64,000 nucleotides of DNA, from assembly GCA_943354005.1 (NCBI GenBank), contig CALRBE010000006.1, positions 11,674 to 75,673 on the forward strand. The letters run 5' to 3'. Position 1 is the stretch's first letter; each line of letters opens with the position of its first letter. Position numbers and translations under genes: made by a program. Below are positions 45,026-54,124 of the stretch, in pieces. Source of the stretch: an uncultured Candidatus Saccharimonas sp. (GTDB lineage: Bacteria > Patescibacteriota > Saccharimonadia > Saccharimonadales > AWTP1-31). The notes under the pieces are model-generated. The model was not told the origin of the DNA and did not search any database. It saw nothing but the letters and a program-made list of their open reading frames with translations.

Positions 45026-46312
45026 TCACTTATTTAGTAACGCTTCGACGCCCGGCAATCTTTTACCACTCATTAATTCTAGACTCGCACCACCCCCTGT
45101 TGATACATGATTAAAACTTTCAGTTAATTTTCGGTTTTCTATATAGCCAACAGTATCACCACCGCCAACAATACTAAAAGGTCGATTACCGTGGCTACCT
45201 AGCATTGAGTCGACAAGTTGGTCGGTGCCATGAGAAAAAGGACCAATTGGGTTATGCACTGCAGGTATTTCAGTTACGCCAAGGGACCCATTCCATATAA
45301 CTGTTTTACATAGTTGCATGGCGCCTGAAATAAATGCACTTGAAAAGGGACCGATATCTAATATAAACTCACCTGCTTCAACTCTAGATGAGTGCAAAGA
45401 TGGCTGGCGAGGATAATCTTCAATATCAGCAATTACATGAGCGTCCCAATCAACAATTCGGGTTGTTGTCTTGGTATCAATTTTCTTAGCGACGACGCCA
45501 TCTTGAGGTAGATAGAATACAAAGTTACGTTGCTTAGAGGCTGCCTGGGCTCTTTTCATTATGTCCTTTGCGAGATGAATATCGTCTGACTCTGCGATGC
45601 TTTTTCCAATTGGAATGCCTCTGGCTAGTAAGAAGGTATTAGCCATTGCCCCTCCCACTACAAGTACATCAGCTATATCAATAAATCTGTTCAGTACCCC
45701 AATCTTATCTGCAATCTTAGCGCCACCAATAACAGCCATTAGAGGACGTTCCGGCTTAACCATAGCATTAGTAATAACATCGACCTCGTGCGCCAGTAAA
45801 AGCCCTGAAACACTAGGCAGGTAGCGTGTAATCGCATCCGTGGAGGCATGAGCCCTATGCACAATCCCAAAACCATCCTGCACAAATACATCTGCAAGGC
45901 TTGCTAACTGTTTTGCAAAATTCGCATCATTCTTTTCTTCTTCAGGATGGAAACGCAAGTTCTCTAACAATAAGATGTCACCCTGGTTAAGTTTCTTGAC
46001 GGCGTCCTCAGCCTTTTCTCCAATACAGTCTTCAGCAAAAGCCACGGGTGTTTTTAATAATGACTGCAGCTTTTTAGCAACTGGCCTCAGACTACAGGAG
46101 CTATCTTGACTATTTTTTGGTCGACCAAGATGAGAACAAATAACAATCTTGCACTTTTGGGATTGGAGATATTTAATTGTTTGCAGTGATTGAGTAATGC
46201 GATAATCGTCCGTAATATTTCCTTTGTCGGTTACCGGCACATTGTAGTCGGCACGAAGCAAGACTGTCTTACCTTGGAGGTCTATATCCCTTAAAGTCTT
46301 CTTGGTAAACAT
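45026..46312 (-). CDS. pgk: phosphoglycerate kinase
   Basis: It has the motifs RADYNVP, SHLGRP, NLRFHPEEE, IGGAKIADKI and STGGGASLE. Confidence 0.95.
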   Translation of the reverse strand: MFTKKTLRDIDLQGKTVLLRADYNVPVTDKGNITDDYRITQSLQTIKYLQSQKCKIVICSHLGRPKNSQDSSCSLRPVAKKLQSLLKTPVAFAEDCIGEKAEDAVKKLNQGDILLLENLRFHPEEEKNDANFAKQLASLADVFVQDGFGIVHRAHASTDAITRYLPSVSGLLLAHEVDVITNAMVKPERPLMAVIGGAKIADKIGVLNRFIDIADVLVVGGAMANTFLLARGIPIGKSIAESDDIHLAKDIMKRAQAASKQRNFVFYLPQDGVVAKKIDTKTTTRIVDWDAHVIADIEDYPRQPSLHSSRVEAGEFILDIGPFSSAFISGAMQLCKTVIWNGSLGVTEIPAVHNPIGPFSHGTDQLVDSMLGSHGNRPFSIVGGGDTVGYIENRKLTESFNHVSTGGGASLELMSGKRLPGVEALLNK

Positions 46313-47745
46313 TACAGTTCTCGAATCTTAATTGTATCTGTTGTGCCTACTCGGCCTGGGTACTTACCTGAGACTGTCACAACCATATCTCGTTTTTTCA
46401 GAACTTTATTTGTCAGCATCCAATTAGTTAACTTAGTTGCAGCCAACTTATCTACCGGTCGATTATATACTTTTACTCCATATACGACAGCCATTTGTTG
46501 AGCTGTTTCAATACTAGATGTAACGACAATTACAGGCGTCGATGGACGATGGGACACGATATGTAGGGCAGTTTCTCCTGTCAGCGTTTCTACGACGATT
46601 GCTGCAGCATCAATACTTTTAGCAAGACTAAGTACTGCACTTGGTATGGCTTGGATTGGTGAAGTAGCATGATCGACATCGTCAAAGGTGACATGAATAG
46701 GATTATGATTTTGAACGTACATAATGACACGCTTCATTATTTCAACTGCTTGAATGGGGTACTTGCCGTTGGCAGTCTCGTCACTCAGCATGACGCAGTC
46801 AGCACCAAGAATGACAGCAGTCGCTATATCGGATACTTCTGCTCGTGTTGGCTCCGGCATCTCGGTCATACTGGCCAGCATCTGGGTAGCAACAATGGTC
46901 GGCGTTGCATATTTAATACCAAGACCTATTATTTGCCTCTGAATTACCGGCACAGATTCAGGAAGCGTTTCAATTGCTAGATCACCTCGAGCGACCATGA
47001 CCATGTCTGCGGATTGTACAATAGCGTCGAGATCATGCGTTGCCGCTTCTGTTTCGATTTTGGCAATTATCTTAGCGTTGCATCTGAAGTTACGTAGTAG
47101 TTTTCGTACTTTTTCGACATCACTTGCGTGCTGGATAAAGCTTAATGCAAAGTAATCGACGTCATGTGTTGTACCGAATACAAGATCTTCCCTATCTTTC
47201 TTTGTGAATATATCTCCAGCAAAATCAGTGTCAGGCAAGTTAATACCTTTACGCTTCACGAGTATTCCATCATTTTCGGCACGTGCATAAACTACGCCGT
47301 CACGTACGCTAGTAATTGTCGTTCGGATGCGGCCATCTGCTATATAGAGTCGCTCTCCTCTTTTAACTTTTTTAGAAAGATCATATTGAGTCGGAATTAT
47401 ATTTTCTTCATTATCGCTTTTTCCAAATTTAAAACAGAGGTTTTGTCCAATCCGCACATTAATAATGCCCTCAAAATCACCAAGTCTAATTTTAGGCCCT
47501 TGCAGATCCATCATGATAGCAACCGGTTTTTTTATTGAGTTACTAGCTTCTCTGATCCATTTTATTTGTTGGACTCTTTCTTCGTTAGTACCATGACTAC
47601 AGTTAAGTCTAAATCCATTTGCACCAGCCTTCATCATTGCAAGAATTGATTCATAGCTGTTGGTAGGCGGACCAATAGTAACGATAATCTTTGACCGCTT
47701 AAATTGAGTAATTGGCACATCAGGGGCGCGACTTGTAACATCCAT
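46312..47745 (-). CDS. pyk: pyruvate kinase
   Basis: It has the motifs KIIVTIGP, FRLNCSHG, MMDLQGPKIR, IAKIE, MVARGDL and ATQMLASM. Confidence 0.95.
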   Translation of the reverse strand: MDVTSRAPDVPITQFKRSKIIVTIGPPTNSYESILAMMKAGANGFRLNCSHGTNEERVQQIKWIREASNSIKKPVAIMMDLQGPKIRLGDFEGIINVRIGQNLCFKFGKSDNEENIIPTQYDLSKKVKRGERLYIADGRIRTTITSVRDGVVYARAENDGILVKRKGINLPDTDFAGDIFTKKDREDLVFGTTHDVDYFALSFIQHASDVEKVRKLLRNFRCNAKIIAKIETEAATHDLDAIVQSADMVMVARGDLAIETLPESVPVIQRQIIGLGIKYATPTIVATQMLASMTEMPEPTRAEVSDIATAVILGADCVMLSDETANGKYPIQAVEIMKRVIMYVQNHNPIHVTFDDVDHATSPIQAIPSAVLSLAKSIDAAAIVVETLTGETALHIVSHRPSTPVIVVTSSIETAQQMAVVYGVKVYNRPVDKLAATKLTNWMLTNKVLKKRDMVVTVSGKYPGRVGTTDTIKIREL

Positions 47746-47753
47746 ATCCTACT

Positions 47754-47759
47754 ATTTTA
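47754..47759 (-). promoter_or_regulatory. -10-like box (TAAAAT) 8 nt upstream of pyk ATG
   Basis: The minus-sense sequence reads TAAAAT-agtaggat-ATG(47745). Confidence 0.35.
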
Positions 47760-47791
47760 GATGCTTATGCTTATAAATACCAGGCTAAAGA

Positions 47792-48637
47792 CTATTTAAA
47801 GCAATCGATTGGGGTAGCTTTATCTGTTCCCCTTACAAAAGAACACAGTATGGAAAATTGTTGGGGTTCTAATGGATACAATGAACCTATATCTTGTGGC
47901 TGAAAAATACTACCTTCAGTCATCAGATTATAATGGTAGCTTTTAAGATTACTGACAAACGCTTCTGTATTAATTCTCTGGTCTGTTAAACGAACTAGTA
48001 GCCATCCGCCAAAAGCACTAAATCTTTCAGGTCGCGTTGTATTATAATAGTTACTTATTGCTTCAGGAGAAGGGTTGTAGTCCCCAATGTTGTCGTTAGG
48101 GTCCCTTGCCTGCAAGTCATCCAGAACTGCAGTAAATAATCCTTTTGCCTCAGAAATACTAGGAGGAATAGGCAATGCAGTTCCCTCAATATTTTCCGTT
48201 ATTAGCTTGTAGACCTTTCTAGAAACAAAATCACCTAATTGATAAATTACTGCGGTATTTGCAGCTGCATCACGTATTTGCTCAGCGCTTAAATCTATGA
48301 TTCCTGGGTTGCGCTGCTCCAGAGTTTTTTGGAAAACTCTAACTAATCCACTACGTATAACTATCTTGTCTGGACTTGGCATTACTGAGTCTATAAGGCG
48401 AGGAACTGACTCGTCGTGAGCAGGAACATTAGGAAAGTTAATTGCCATTGCATCACTTTGTGCAATTACAACCTGAGCGTTACGAACAGAGTTGGCAATA
48501 TTTGTACCATCCTGAGTGCTCAATCCAATTTCATCTTGAAGAAACGAATCAAGTGTAAGCCCAGGGTTTAAATGAGCTATATGCTTCTCAATGGAGTGAC
48601 CTGTGTATTGGGCGCGAGATGGTTCTAGTTCGTTCAT
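47792..48637 (-). CDS. hypothetical cytoplasmic protein (281 aa)
   Basis: It is a clean ORF with an AGAGGAAAA SD. It has no TM or signal sequence. I recognise no family. Confidence 0.6.
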   Translation of the reverse strand: MNELEPSRAQYTGHSIEKHIAHLNPGLTLDSFLQDEIGLSTQDGTNIANSVRNAQVVIAQSDAMAINFPNVPAHDESVPRLIDSVMPSPDKIVIRSGLVRVFQKTLEQRNPGIIDLSAEQIRDAAANTAVIYQLGDFVSRKVYKLITENIEGTALPIPPSISEAKGLFTAVLDDLQARDPNDNIGDYNPSPEAISNYYNTTRPERFSAFGGWLLVRLTDQRINTEAFVSNLKSYHYNLMTEGSIFQPQDIGSLYPLEPQQFSILCSFVRGTDKATPIDCFK

Positions 48638-48722
48638 CTACTTTTTTTCCTCTATATTTACTCAACTGTAGCATATTTAACAGATAACAAAACGTTAAGC
48701 ATTTTCATAGCACTGATTAATT

Positions 48723-48751
48723 TTGCTATAAGCGTAAAAACTATCTATAGT
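48723..48751 (+). promoter_or_regulatory. sigma70-type promoter for the plus-strand secreted-protein cluster
   Basis: The layout is TTGCTA (48723-48728), a 17-nt spacer, then TATAGT (48746-48751). Confidence 0.5.
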
Positions 48752-48773
48752 CTTATCTATAAGTTCAATAACT

Positions 48774-50840
48774 ATGATTAGGATCTTTATGAACAATATG
48801 AATAGGAAAAACCTCAAGAAACGTACTCTATTTACAAAGCCCAAAATACTAGCCTTATTGTTGTTTGCTGCTGTCGGATCATGGCTAATCTATACGTCTT
48901 TTGCGGCTACAACCAGCAACTTTAAGCACCCCGGTGTATTATTATCCAAAGGTCAAATTGATTTTATTAAAGCTAAAGTCAACACTAGTGAACAGCCGTG
49001 GAAATCTGCATTTGATCAAATGAGTGGCGGATTCCTCGCATCAAAAAACTATGTTCCAAAGCCAGTACCAAAATTACAATGTACAACAAGCGGATTGGTC
49101 AATGCATACCCTCAGCTAGGTTGTACAGATTTGAATAATGATTCTGCCGCTGTTTACACCCAAGCACTTATGTGGCAACTCACTGGAGATCAAGCCTATG
49201 CAAATAAAGCCGTAGAGATTATGAACGCCTGGTCATCAACCCTCAAAGAAGCCCCACTTGATGACCCAAATGGATCAGACCCCAAGAATGATGCTGAGTT
49301 CTTCCAGAATAGACTGCTTCTAGGCTGGTCTGCAGAGTCAATGGTACGCGGAGCAGAAATAATTCGCCATTCAAATGCAGGTTGGAAACAAGGAGATATT
49401 GATAAATTTGAAAATATGCTCAGGACGATTTACTACCCACAACTCTCACAAGGCTGGACTGGCTCAAACAATGGAGGAGCGACTTGGGCAGATGGATTAG
49501 TTAACATGGGTGTTTTCTTAAATGATAAAGACATATACGACATGGGGATCCAGCACTGGAAGCAAAATACACGCTCTATGGTCTACCTAAAAACTGACGG
49601 TAATCTACCATTGCCTTACTTATCTCCCCGAGATAATAAATATAAGGTAATAAGTTATTATTCTCCTACTCAGTACGTTAATGGATTAGAGGGTGAAACA
49701 TGCAGAGACATGGGTCACACATTCATGGGTCTTGGTGCTATGACCAACGTGGCTGAAACATCATATATTCAAGGGACGCACGACCTTTACTCAGATCCTG
49801 AGTTTAAAGAGCGCTTTATTGCTGGTTACGAGCTAAACGCAGGCTACGTAAATGAACTGCTAGATTATATGGCTGCTAATAACATAACCGACACGACACT
49901 ATTCGACGATAATCCAAGTAGTAGCCCACGTAATGCAACGATTGCTAATTGGAAACCAGTAAACTTTCCCTGTAATGACTTTAAAGTAGGTGGCAGTAGC
50001 GCTTTTCTGGGTAACGAAATTGCTCTAAACCATTTCTCTAATCGCCTAAATATTGCTATGCCTAACACTAAAAAATTGGCTGAAAGAAAACGTCCTCAAA
50101 AGGGAGGGAACCACCTTTTTTACGAGACCCTTACTCATGCCAACACGGGAAATGCGGGGATTACTCCAACTGTAATTGTACCGCCTCCAGCTCCTTTGCC
50201 GGATACGACAATGGCCTTGAATGGCGTTACTCAAGGGTCACTGGTTAGCTCTCCGATACGGCTGAGCGCTGTTGTTACGAATGCTCCTAATTTTGATCGT
50301 ATAGAGTTTAAGGTAGATGGCATACTAATTAATACTGAAAGAACTGCTCCATACTGTCTTTCAGGTGACGCGAACGGAGTATGTAACGATTACACAGTTG
50401 CTGCAGGCACACACACAGTCACTGCAACCCTCTTCTACGACACATCGAAGACTATTACTAAAGATGTTTCCTTTACGGTTTCTCAGCCTCCTGTAGTGAT
50501 ACCACAGGATACTACTGCTCCGACGCCTCCTACCAATATAACGCGTGCTTTCCGAACTGATTTGGCTAACTTCCGTTACGTTCTAAATCTTAAATGGACA
50601 GCATCTCAAGATAACGTAGGCGGAACAGGAATCAAAGAATATCAAATTCGCAGAAACGGAAAGTTGATTGGCATAAATAGCCCTACTTCCACATCCTTCG
50701 CTGACACTACCATAGGAGTCAATATAGCCTACACTTACAGCATAATCGCAATAGATGGAGCCACGCCGCCGAATGCATCAACTCCAGTTACAACAACCGT
50801 GAAAGCATCATGTGTCTTAGTTTGGTGTAGTATAAAGTAG
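48774..50840 (+). CDS. secreted alginate-lyase-family (PF05426-like) polysaccharide lyase-like protein with C-terminal Ig-like and fibronectin type III domains
   Basis: The signal anchor is ILALLLFAAVGSWLIYTSFA. The core reads FKHPGVLLSKGQIDFIKAKV..EQPWKSAFDQM .. AAVYTQALMWQLTGDQAYANKAVEIMNAWSSTL. The FN3 region is DTTAPTPPTNI..LKWTASQDNVGGTGIKEYQIRRNG..YTYSIIAIDGA. ATG 48789, preceded by AGGA, is an alternative start. Confidence 0.7.
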   Translation: MIRIFMNNMNRKNLKKRTLFTKPKILALLLFAAVGSWLIYTSFAATTSNFKHPGVLLSKGQIDFIKAKVNTSEQPWKSAFDQMSGGFLASKNYVPKPVPKLQCTTSGLVNAYPQLGCTDLNNDSAAVYTQALMWQLTGDQAYANKAVEIMNAWSSTLKEAPLDDPNGSDPKNDAEFFQNRLLLGWSAESMVRGAEIIRHSNAGWKQGDIDKFENMLRTIYYPQLSQGWTGSNNGGATWADGLVNMGVFLNDKDIYDMGIQHWKQNTRSMVYLKTDGNLPLPYLSPRDNKYKVISYYSPTQYVNGLEGETCRDMGHTFMGLGAMTNVAETSYIQGTHDLYSDPEFKERFIAGYELNAGYVNELLDYMAANNITDTTLFDDNPSSSPRNATIANWKPVNFPCNDFKVGGSSAFLGNEIALNHFSNRLNIAMPNTKKLAERKRPQKGGNHLFYETLTHANTGNAGITPTVIVPPPAPLPDTTMALNGVTQGSLVSSPIRLSAVVTNAPNFDRIEFKVDGILINTERTAPYCLSGDANGVCNDYTVAAGTHTVTATLFYDTSKTITKDVSFTVSQPPVVIPQDTTAPTPPTNITRAFRTDLANFRYVLNLKWTASQDNVGGTGIKEYQIRRNGKLIGINSPTSTSFADTTIGVNIAYTYSIIAIDGATPPNASTPVTTTVKASCVLVWCSIK

Positions 50841-50863
50841 ATAAATATATTTGGGGGGGTGTA

Positions 50864-51964
50864 GTGATTCATAAGAATAATAAAAAACAGATAGAAGATG
50901 AGCAAATTAATGTCAGTAACCCCAGGATAATTAGCAGTGTTATTCTTATTGCCCTCGTCATTTTTGCAGTATTTTACTTCATAAATAACAGCAATAAAAA
51001 AACAGCCACACCCGAGCAGCCAGTTACTGTCAGCAACCCCGAGCCCAGTAGTCCTACGGTACCGGATAGTACTACAGAAGCTTCAACTGCCACAGAAACG
51101 AATCCTACTACAGCCACAAGGAATAGGACCGTAAGAGTCTCGACAGTTGCATCACCGGATACTAAAACTCCAGTCCCTGATCCAGTTGTTTCATCGCCGC
51201 AAATTGTTAATTCAGACAGAACAGTATCGGCTGACCTAACTGGATTAACGCAAATTGATTTAACTGGCATTGATGATGCGGGATATGGCTCAGAATCTCC
51301 AATACCTGGAGTAGTTGACGATAGCTTCATACAAATTCCTATGGCAGGAAATAGCTTTAATTTTTTTGGAACAAATTATGGTACCGCGGATACGGTCTAT
51401 TGGAACTCGAATAATGCACTGGCTTTCGGTTCAGGATTTAGTCCATATACAGTAAGTATATCTAGCGACACAGCACCAGCAATTCTATTGGGTAATTACG
51501 ATAGGTTAACATCAGATATTTACTATTCTCATTCAACAAGTGCCGACAGCAATTTCAATATAACAAAAATACTTGTCAAATTTTCAGACTATTATACTGA
51601 TACTTCGAATCTAGATGCTGGTATATATCAAATTAGGCTAATAAAAGAGGTTTCGGGAGAAAAGAGACAATGGATTGAAGTTTCAATAATTTCTAGCCCT
51701 CCTTCCCCAGGATACTCAAATAACCTTACTGTTAGCTATCCATCCGGCGTTAACGGCTCAGGTCAACCACAAGATTCAAATGGTCTTGAAATAGATGCTA
51801 CTAAGGACTCTCCTTATAACATCACCGACGGAGTGACCTTCCTGAATCCATTGGGTACACTTTACTCATCTGCAAGCCCTGCTGCTGGAACAAGCTTCAT
51901 ATTGCAGAGCGATGAGCTAGGTAATGCCTGGACCTTCACAAATAACTCATACGTAAACTTATAG
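50864..51964 (+). CDS. hypothetical secreted/anchored protein (366 aa)
   Basis: It has a GTG start with a G-rich SD (GGGGGGTG). The TM is ISSVILIALVIFAVFYFI. A PT/ST-rich linker is followed by a globular domain. I recognise no family. Confidence 0.6.
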   Translation: MIHKNNKKQIEDEQINVSNPRIISSVILIALVIFAVFYFINNSNKKTATPEQPVTVSNPEPSSPTVPDSTTEASTATETNPTTATRNRTVRVSTVASPDTKTPVPDPVVSSPQIVNSDRTVSADLTGLTQIDLTGIDDAGYGSESPIPGVVDDSFIQIPMAGNSFNFFGTNYGTADTVYWNSNNALAFGSGFSPYTVSISSDTAPAILLGNYDRLTSDIYYSHSTSADSNFNITKILVKFSDYYTDTSNLDAGIYQIRLIKEVSGEKRQWIEVSIISSPPSPGYSNNLTVSYPSGVNGSGQPQDSNGLEIDATKDSPYNITDGVTFLNPLGTLYSSASPAAGTSFILQSDELGNAWTFTNNSYVNL

Positions 51965-52038
51965 AGAACCGCAATGTTTTTTTAAGTAATTATGTTTGTG
52001 TGTTATTATTATGAAATCACTAACCATAAGGATAATAA

Positions 52039-53469
52039 ATGGCAAAAACAAAAAATAATAAATTATCGATGTTAAGCAGTAAACGTAACATATCAATCTT
52101 GCTTATAGTTATCATTGCAGCTTTCGGTGCCTGGAGAGTTTTCCTAAGTGGAGCCTCACCAAATAACTGTCAGCCTGAAAAAGGTGTTAATATATGCGAT
52201 ATAGATCAAGTACAAGGACTTGTTGATAACATACTTAGCAACGGACCAGAAGCTCAAAATCTTGGGAAAGACACAGCAAATTGGCCCTTATACTTTGGAG
52301 CAGCTTTTAGAGCTCCAACGAGCCCACTAGACGGAGCACAGCCGGTATATAGGGTTTATAATGGCAACGCTACATGGCATGATTATATGTTTGAAGCTGG
52401 GAAGAGAGATAAAGAAGCTAAAGCTCCTGGCCAGGTAACCAACGAGGGAATAGCTTTTTATGCGTGGCCTAGCGCTAGTCGGCCCGGACTTGTACCCGTC
52501 TACCGTTTAACACAAGGCGGCGCAGGATCTAAAGTCATATTCACAACCGATAGAGCCTGGAGAGATAAGTTCGTTGCAGCAGATATTAATAACAGTGCTG
52601 GGTGGAAAGATGGTGGTGTACCATTTTATGCTTTCCCTCCAAACTACCAAGCAATAGCGCCAGACAACAAACCTCAGGCTAATCCCAATGACTGTTCCAT
52701 AAGAGAGAACTTTGTTAGCGACAGGTGTACAGGTGCACGTAACGCTCTTAATGATGCTGTGGCCAACGGAAACGTTGCTGCTAGCAATGATTGTCCTACG
52801 ACTCTAGCGGCATACATTAAAGAAGCGTTTCCAAGTCGCTTCCCTCAGGCGTGTCAAGATAAGTGGAATAAAGAGCAGTCTAACTGTTCCATAAAAGAGA
52901 ACTTCGTTAGCGACAGGTGTCGAGATGCACGAGCAGCGTTTGAAAAAGCAGAAGAAGAACGTATAGCCCGTGAGAATGCAGAGAGACAAGCAGCAGCAGC
53001 GCAACAAAACAGAAGCACCGGATCAGGAAGAAACACTGGCGGCGGCGGCGGTGGTGACGGTGGCGGCGGTGGTGGCGGCGGTGGTGGCGGCGGCGGTGGT
53101 GACGGTGGCACAGATTGCAGTAAACCTCAGTATTTTTATACAGACGCGTGCAAAGAATCAAGAGATAATTTTCTTGCTAACGCGATTACTGGAATATTTT
53201 CTCTTCCTCCAGGGGGAGGGGGAAACAACTCCTCAGGACGACGAGCCTATAACTGCGTTGTTACCTATACCCTAGGCGGCGGCTTCGGTTTAGGACGTAT
53301 TGCAAACCAACAGAAACGAGAAGAATTCAGTATTACAGCAGTCAACCGTCAACAAGCCTACAACACATGCTTATCACGTTTCAGAAGCCAATTCAGAGTA
53401 GTACGCGGAAGACTCGTAGCGGGCTGGGCACAAGGTGAAGTATCAAACATTAGAGTAACAATAAAGTAG
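52039..53469 (+). CDS. hypothetical secreted protein: DUF5648-like repeats, duplicated CSI(R/K)ENFVSDRC motif, poly-Gly tract, C-terminal domain
   Basis: An AAGGA SD lies upstream. The signal anchor is ISILLIVIIAAFGAWRVFL. The repeats are PVYRVYNGN..HDYM..EGIAFYAWP and PVYRLTQGG..FTTD..GWKDGGVPFYAFP. The Gly tract is G6-D-G14-D-G2. Confidence 0.65.
   Translation: MAKTKNNKLSMLSSKRNISILLIVIIAAFGAWRVFLSGASPNNCQPEKGVNICDIDQVQGLVDNILSNGPEAQNLGKDTANWPLYFGAAFRAPTSPLDGAQPVYRVYNGNATWHDYMFEAGKRDKEAKAPGQVTNEGIAFYAWPSASRPGLVPVYRLTQGGAGSKVIFTTDRAWRDKFVAADINNSAGWKDGGVPFYAFPPNYQAIAPDNKPQANPNDCSIRENFVSDRCTGARNALNDAVANGNVAASNDCPTTLAAYIKEAFPSRFPQACQDKWNKEQSNCSIKENFVSDRCRDARAAFEKAEEERIARENAERQAAAAQQNRSTGSGRNTGGGGGGDGGGGGGGGGGGGGGDGGTDCSKPQYFYTDACKESRDNFLANAITGIFSLPPGGGGNNSSGRRAYNCVVTYTLGGGFGLGRIANQQKREEFSITAVNRQQAYNTCLSRFRSQFRVVRGRLVAGWAQGEVSNIRVTIK
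52693..52920 (+). repeat. two 36-nt near-identical copies (52693-52728, 52885-52920) encoding CSIRENFVSDRC / CSIKENFVSDRC
   Basis: Direct comparison of tgttccataagagagaactttgttagcgacaggtgt with tgttccataaaagagaacttcgttagcgacaggtgt gives 34/36 identity. Confidence 0.85.
53038..53109 (+). repeat. GGC/GGT simple-sequence tract (24 codons; 12-nt unit ggcggcggtggt repeated, 21-nt ggcggcggtggtgacggtggc at both ends)
   Basis: The tract is visible directly in the sequence. It is strongly GC-rich against the AT-rich background. Confidence 0.95.
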
Positions 53470-53476
53470 GAGTTTC

Positions 53477-53890
53477 ATGAAAAACAAAATTATATTATTA
53501 GTTTCCGCTATCTTGATAATCGTAGTAAGTATATTGAGTACTAGCTACTTAGTAAATCGATCTATAGATAGCAGTTACAACAAAAGCTACGATGCAGCAA
53601 AATTAGTAGTTAACGATGTTCTTGCGAACAAACTAGAAGATGCTTATACGCAGCTTTCTGTAACTGGAAAAGAAAATCAATCAAATGATGATTTCGTTAA
53701 ATCAGCTCAGGGTGCCAAATTAGAATCTGGAGATTCAAAATATTATCTTCAGTATATGGGTCAAACTAGTAATAGTATTATTACTTTTACTATTACCGAC
53801 AAGGAAGGCGTTACTATCGGTACAATATACACTGCAGTATCTGCGCAAAAAGATGGCAAATGGCAGGTTGACGATATTCGATTCTTCTAA
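53477..53890 (+). CDS. hypothetical N-terminally anchored protein (137 aa)
   Basis: An AGGAG SD lies 6 nt upstream. The TM is IILLVSAILIIVVSILS. It is the last gene of the plus-strand cluster. Confidence 0.55.
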   Translation: MKNKIILLVSAILIIVVSILSTSYLVNRSIDSSYNKSYDAAKLVVNDVLANKLEDAYTQLSVTGKENQSNDDFVKSAQGAKLESGDSKYYLQYMGQTSNSIITFTITDKEGVTIGTIYTAVSAQKDGKWQVDDIRFF

Positions 53891-53919
53891 TGATAGAGTA
53901 TTAGACACCTAATCATTAA

Positions 53920-53949
53920 AAATGACCCATACGTATGGGTCATTTTTTA
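53920..53949 (+). terminator. intrinsic terminator ending the plus-strand cluster
   Basis: The hairpin is ATGACCCATA-cg-TATGGGTCAT (53922-53943), followed by TTTTTT. Confidence 0.85.
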
Positions 53950-53960
53950 TTATAAGCATA

Positions 53961-54035
53961 TGGTGATCCCAAGGAGAATCGAACTCCTATTGCCAGGATG
54001 AAAACCTGGTGTCCTAACCGTTAGACGATGGGACC
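53961..54035 (-). tRNA. tRNA-Glu (anticodon UUC), CCA encoded
   Basis: The minus-sense sequence is GGTCCCATCGTCTAACGGTTAGGACACCAGGTTTTCATCCTGGCAATAGGAGTTCGATTCTCCTTGGGATCACCA. The cloverleaf folds by hand with a 7-bp acceptor stem, anticodon loop TTTTCAT and a canonical T-loop TTCGATT. Confidence 0.95.
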
Positions 54036-54109
54036 ACGTATCTGTTTATAACCAAAATATTATACCATAACAATCACGTTTATTACAGTCCTATATTATC
54101 CAATGTGAG

Positions 54110-54118
54110 TGCTATTAT
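54110..54118 (+). promoter_or_regulatory. extended -10 (TGCTATTAT) 6 nt upstream of lnt GTG; leaderless geometry
   Basis: The sequence reads TGC-TATTAT (54113-54118)-agataa-GTG(54125). Confidence 0.4.
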
Positions 54119-54124
54119 AGATAA

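Noticed and set aside
52854-53161. Minus-strand ORFs encoding poly-Pro and His/Arg repeats.
   Set aside because: They are the antisense reading of the GGC/GGT poly-Gly tract of the plus-strand gene 52039..53469.
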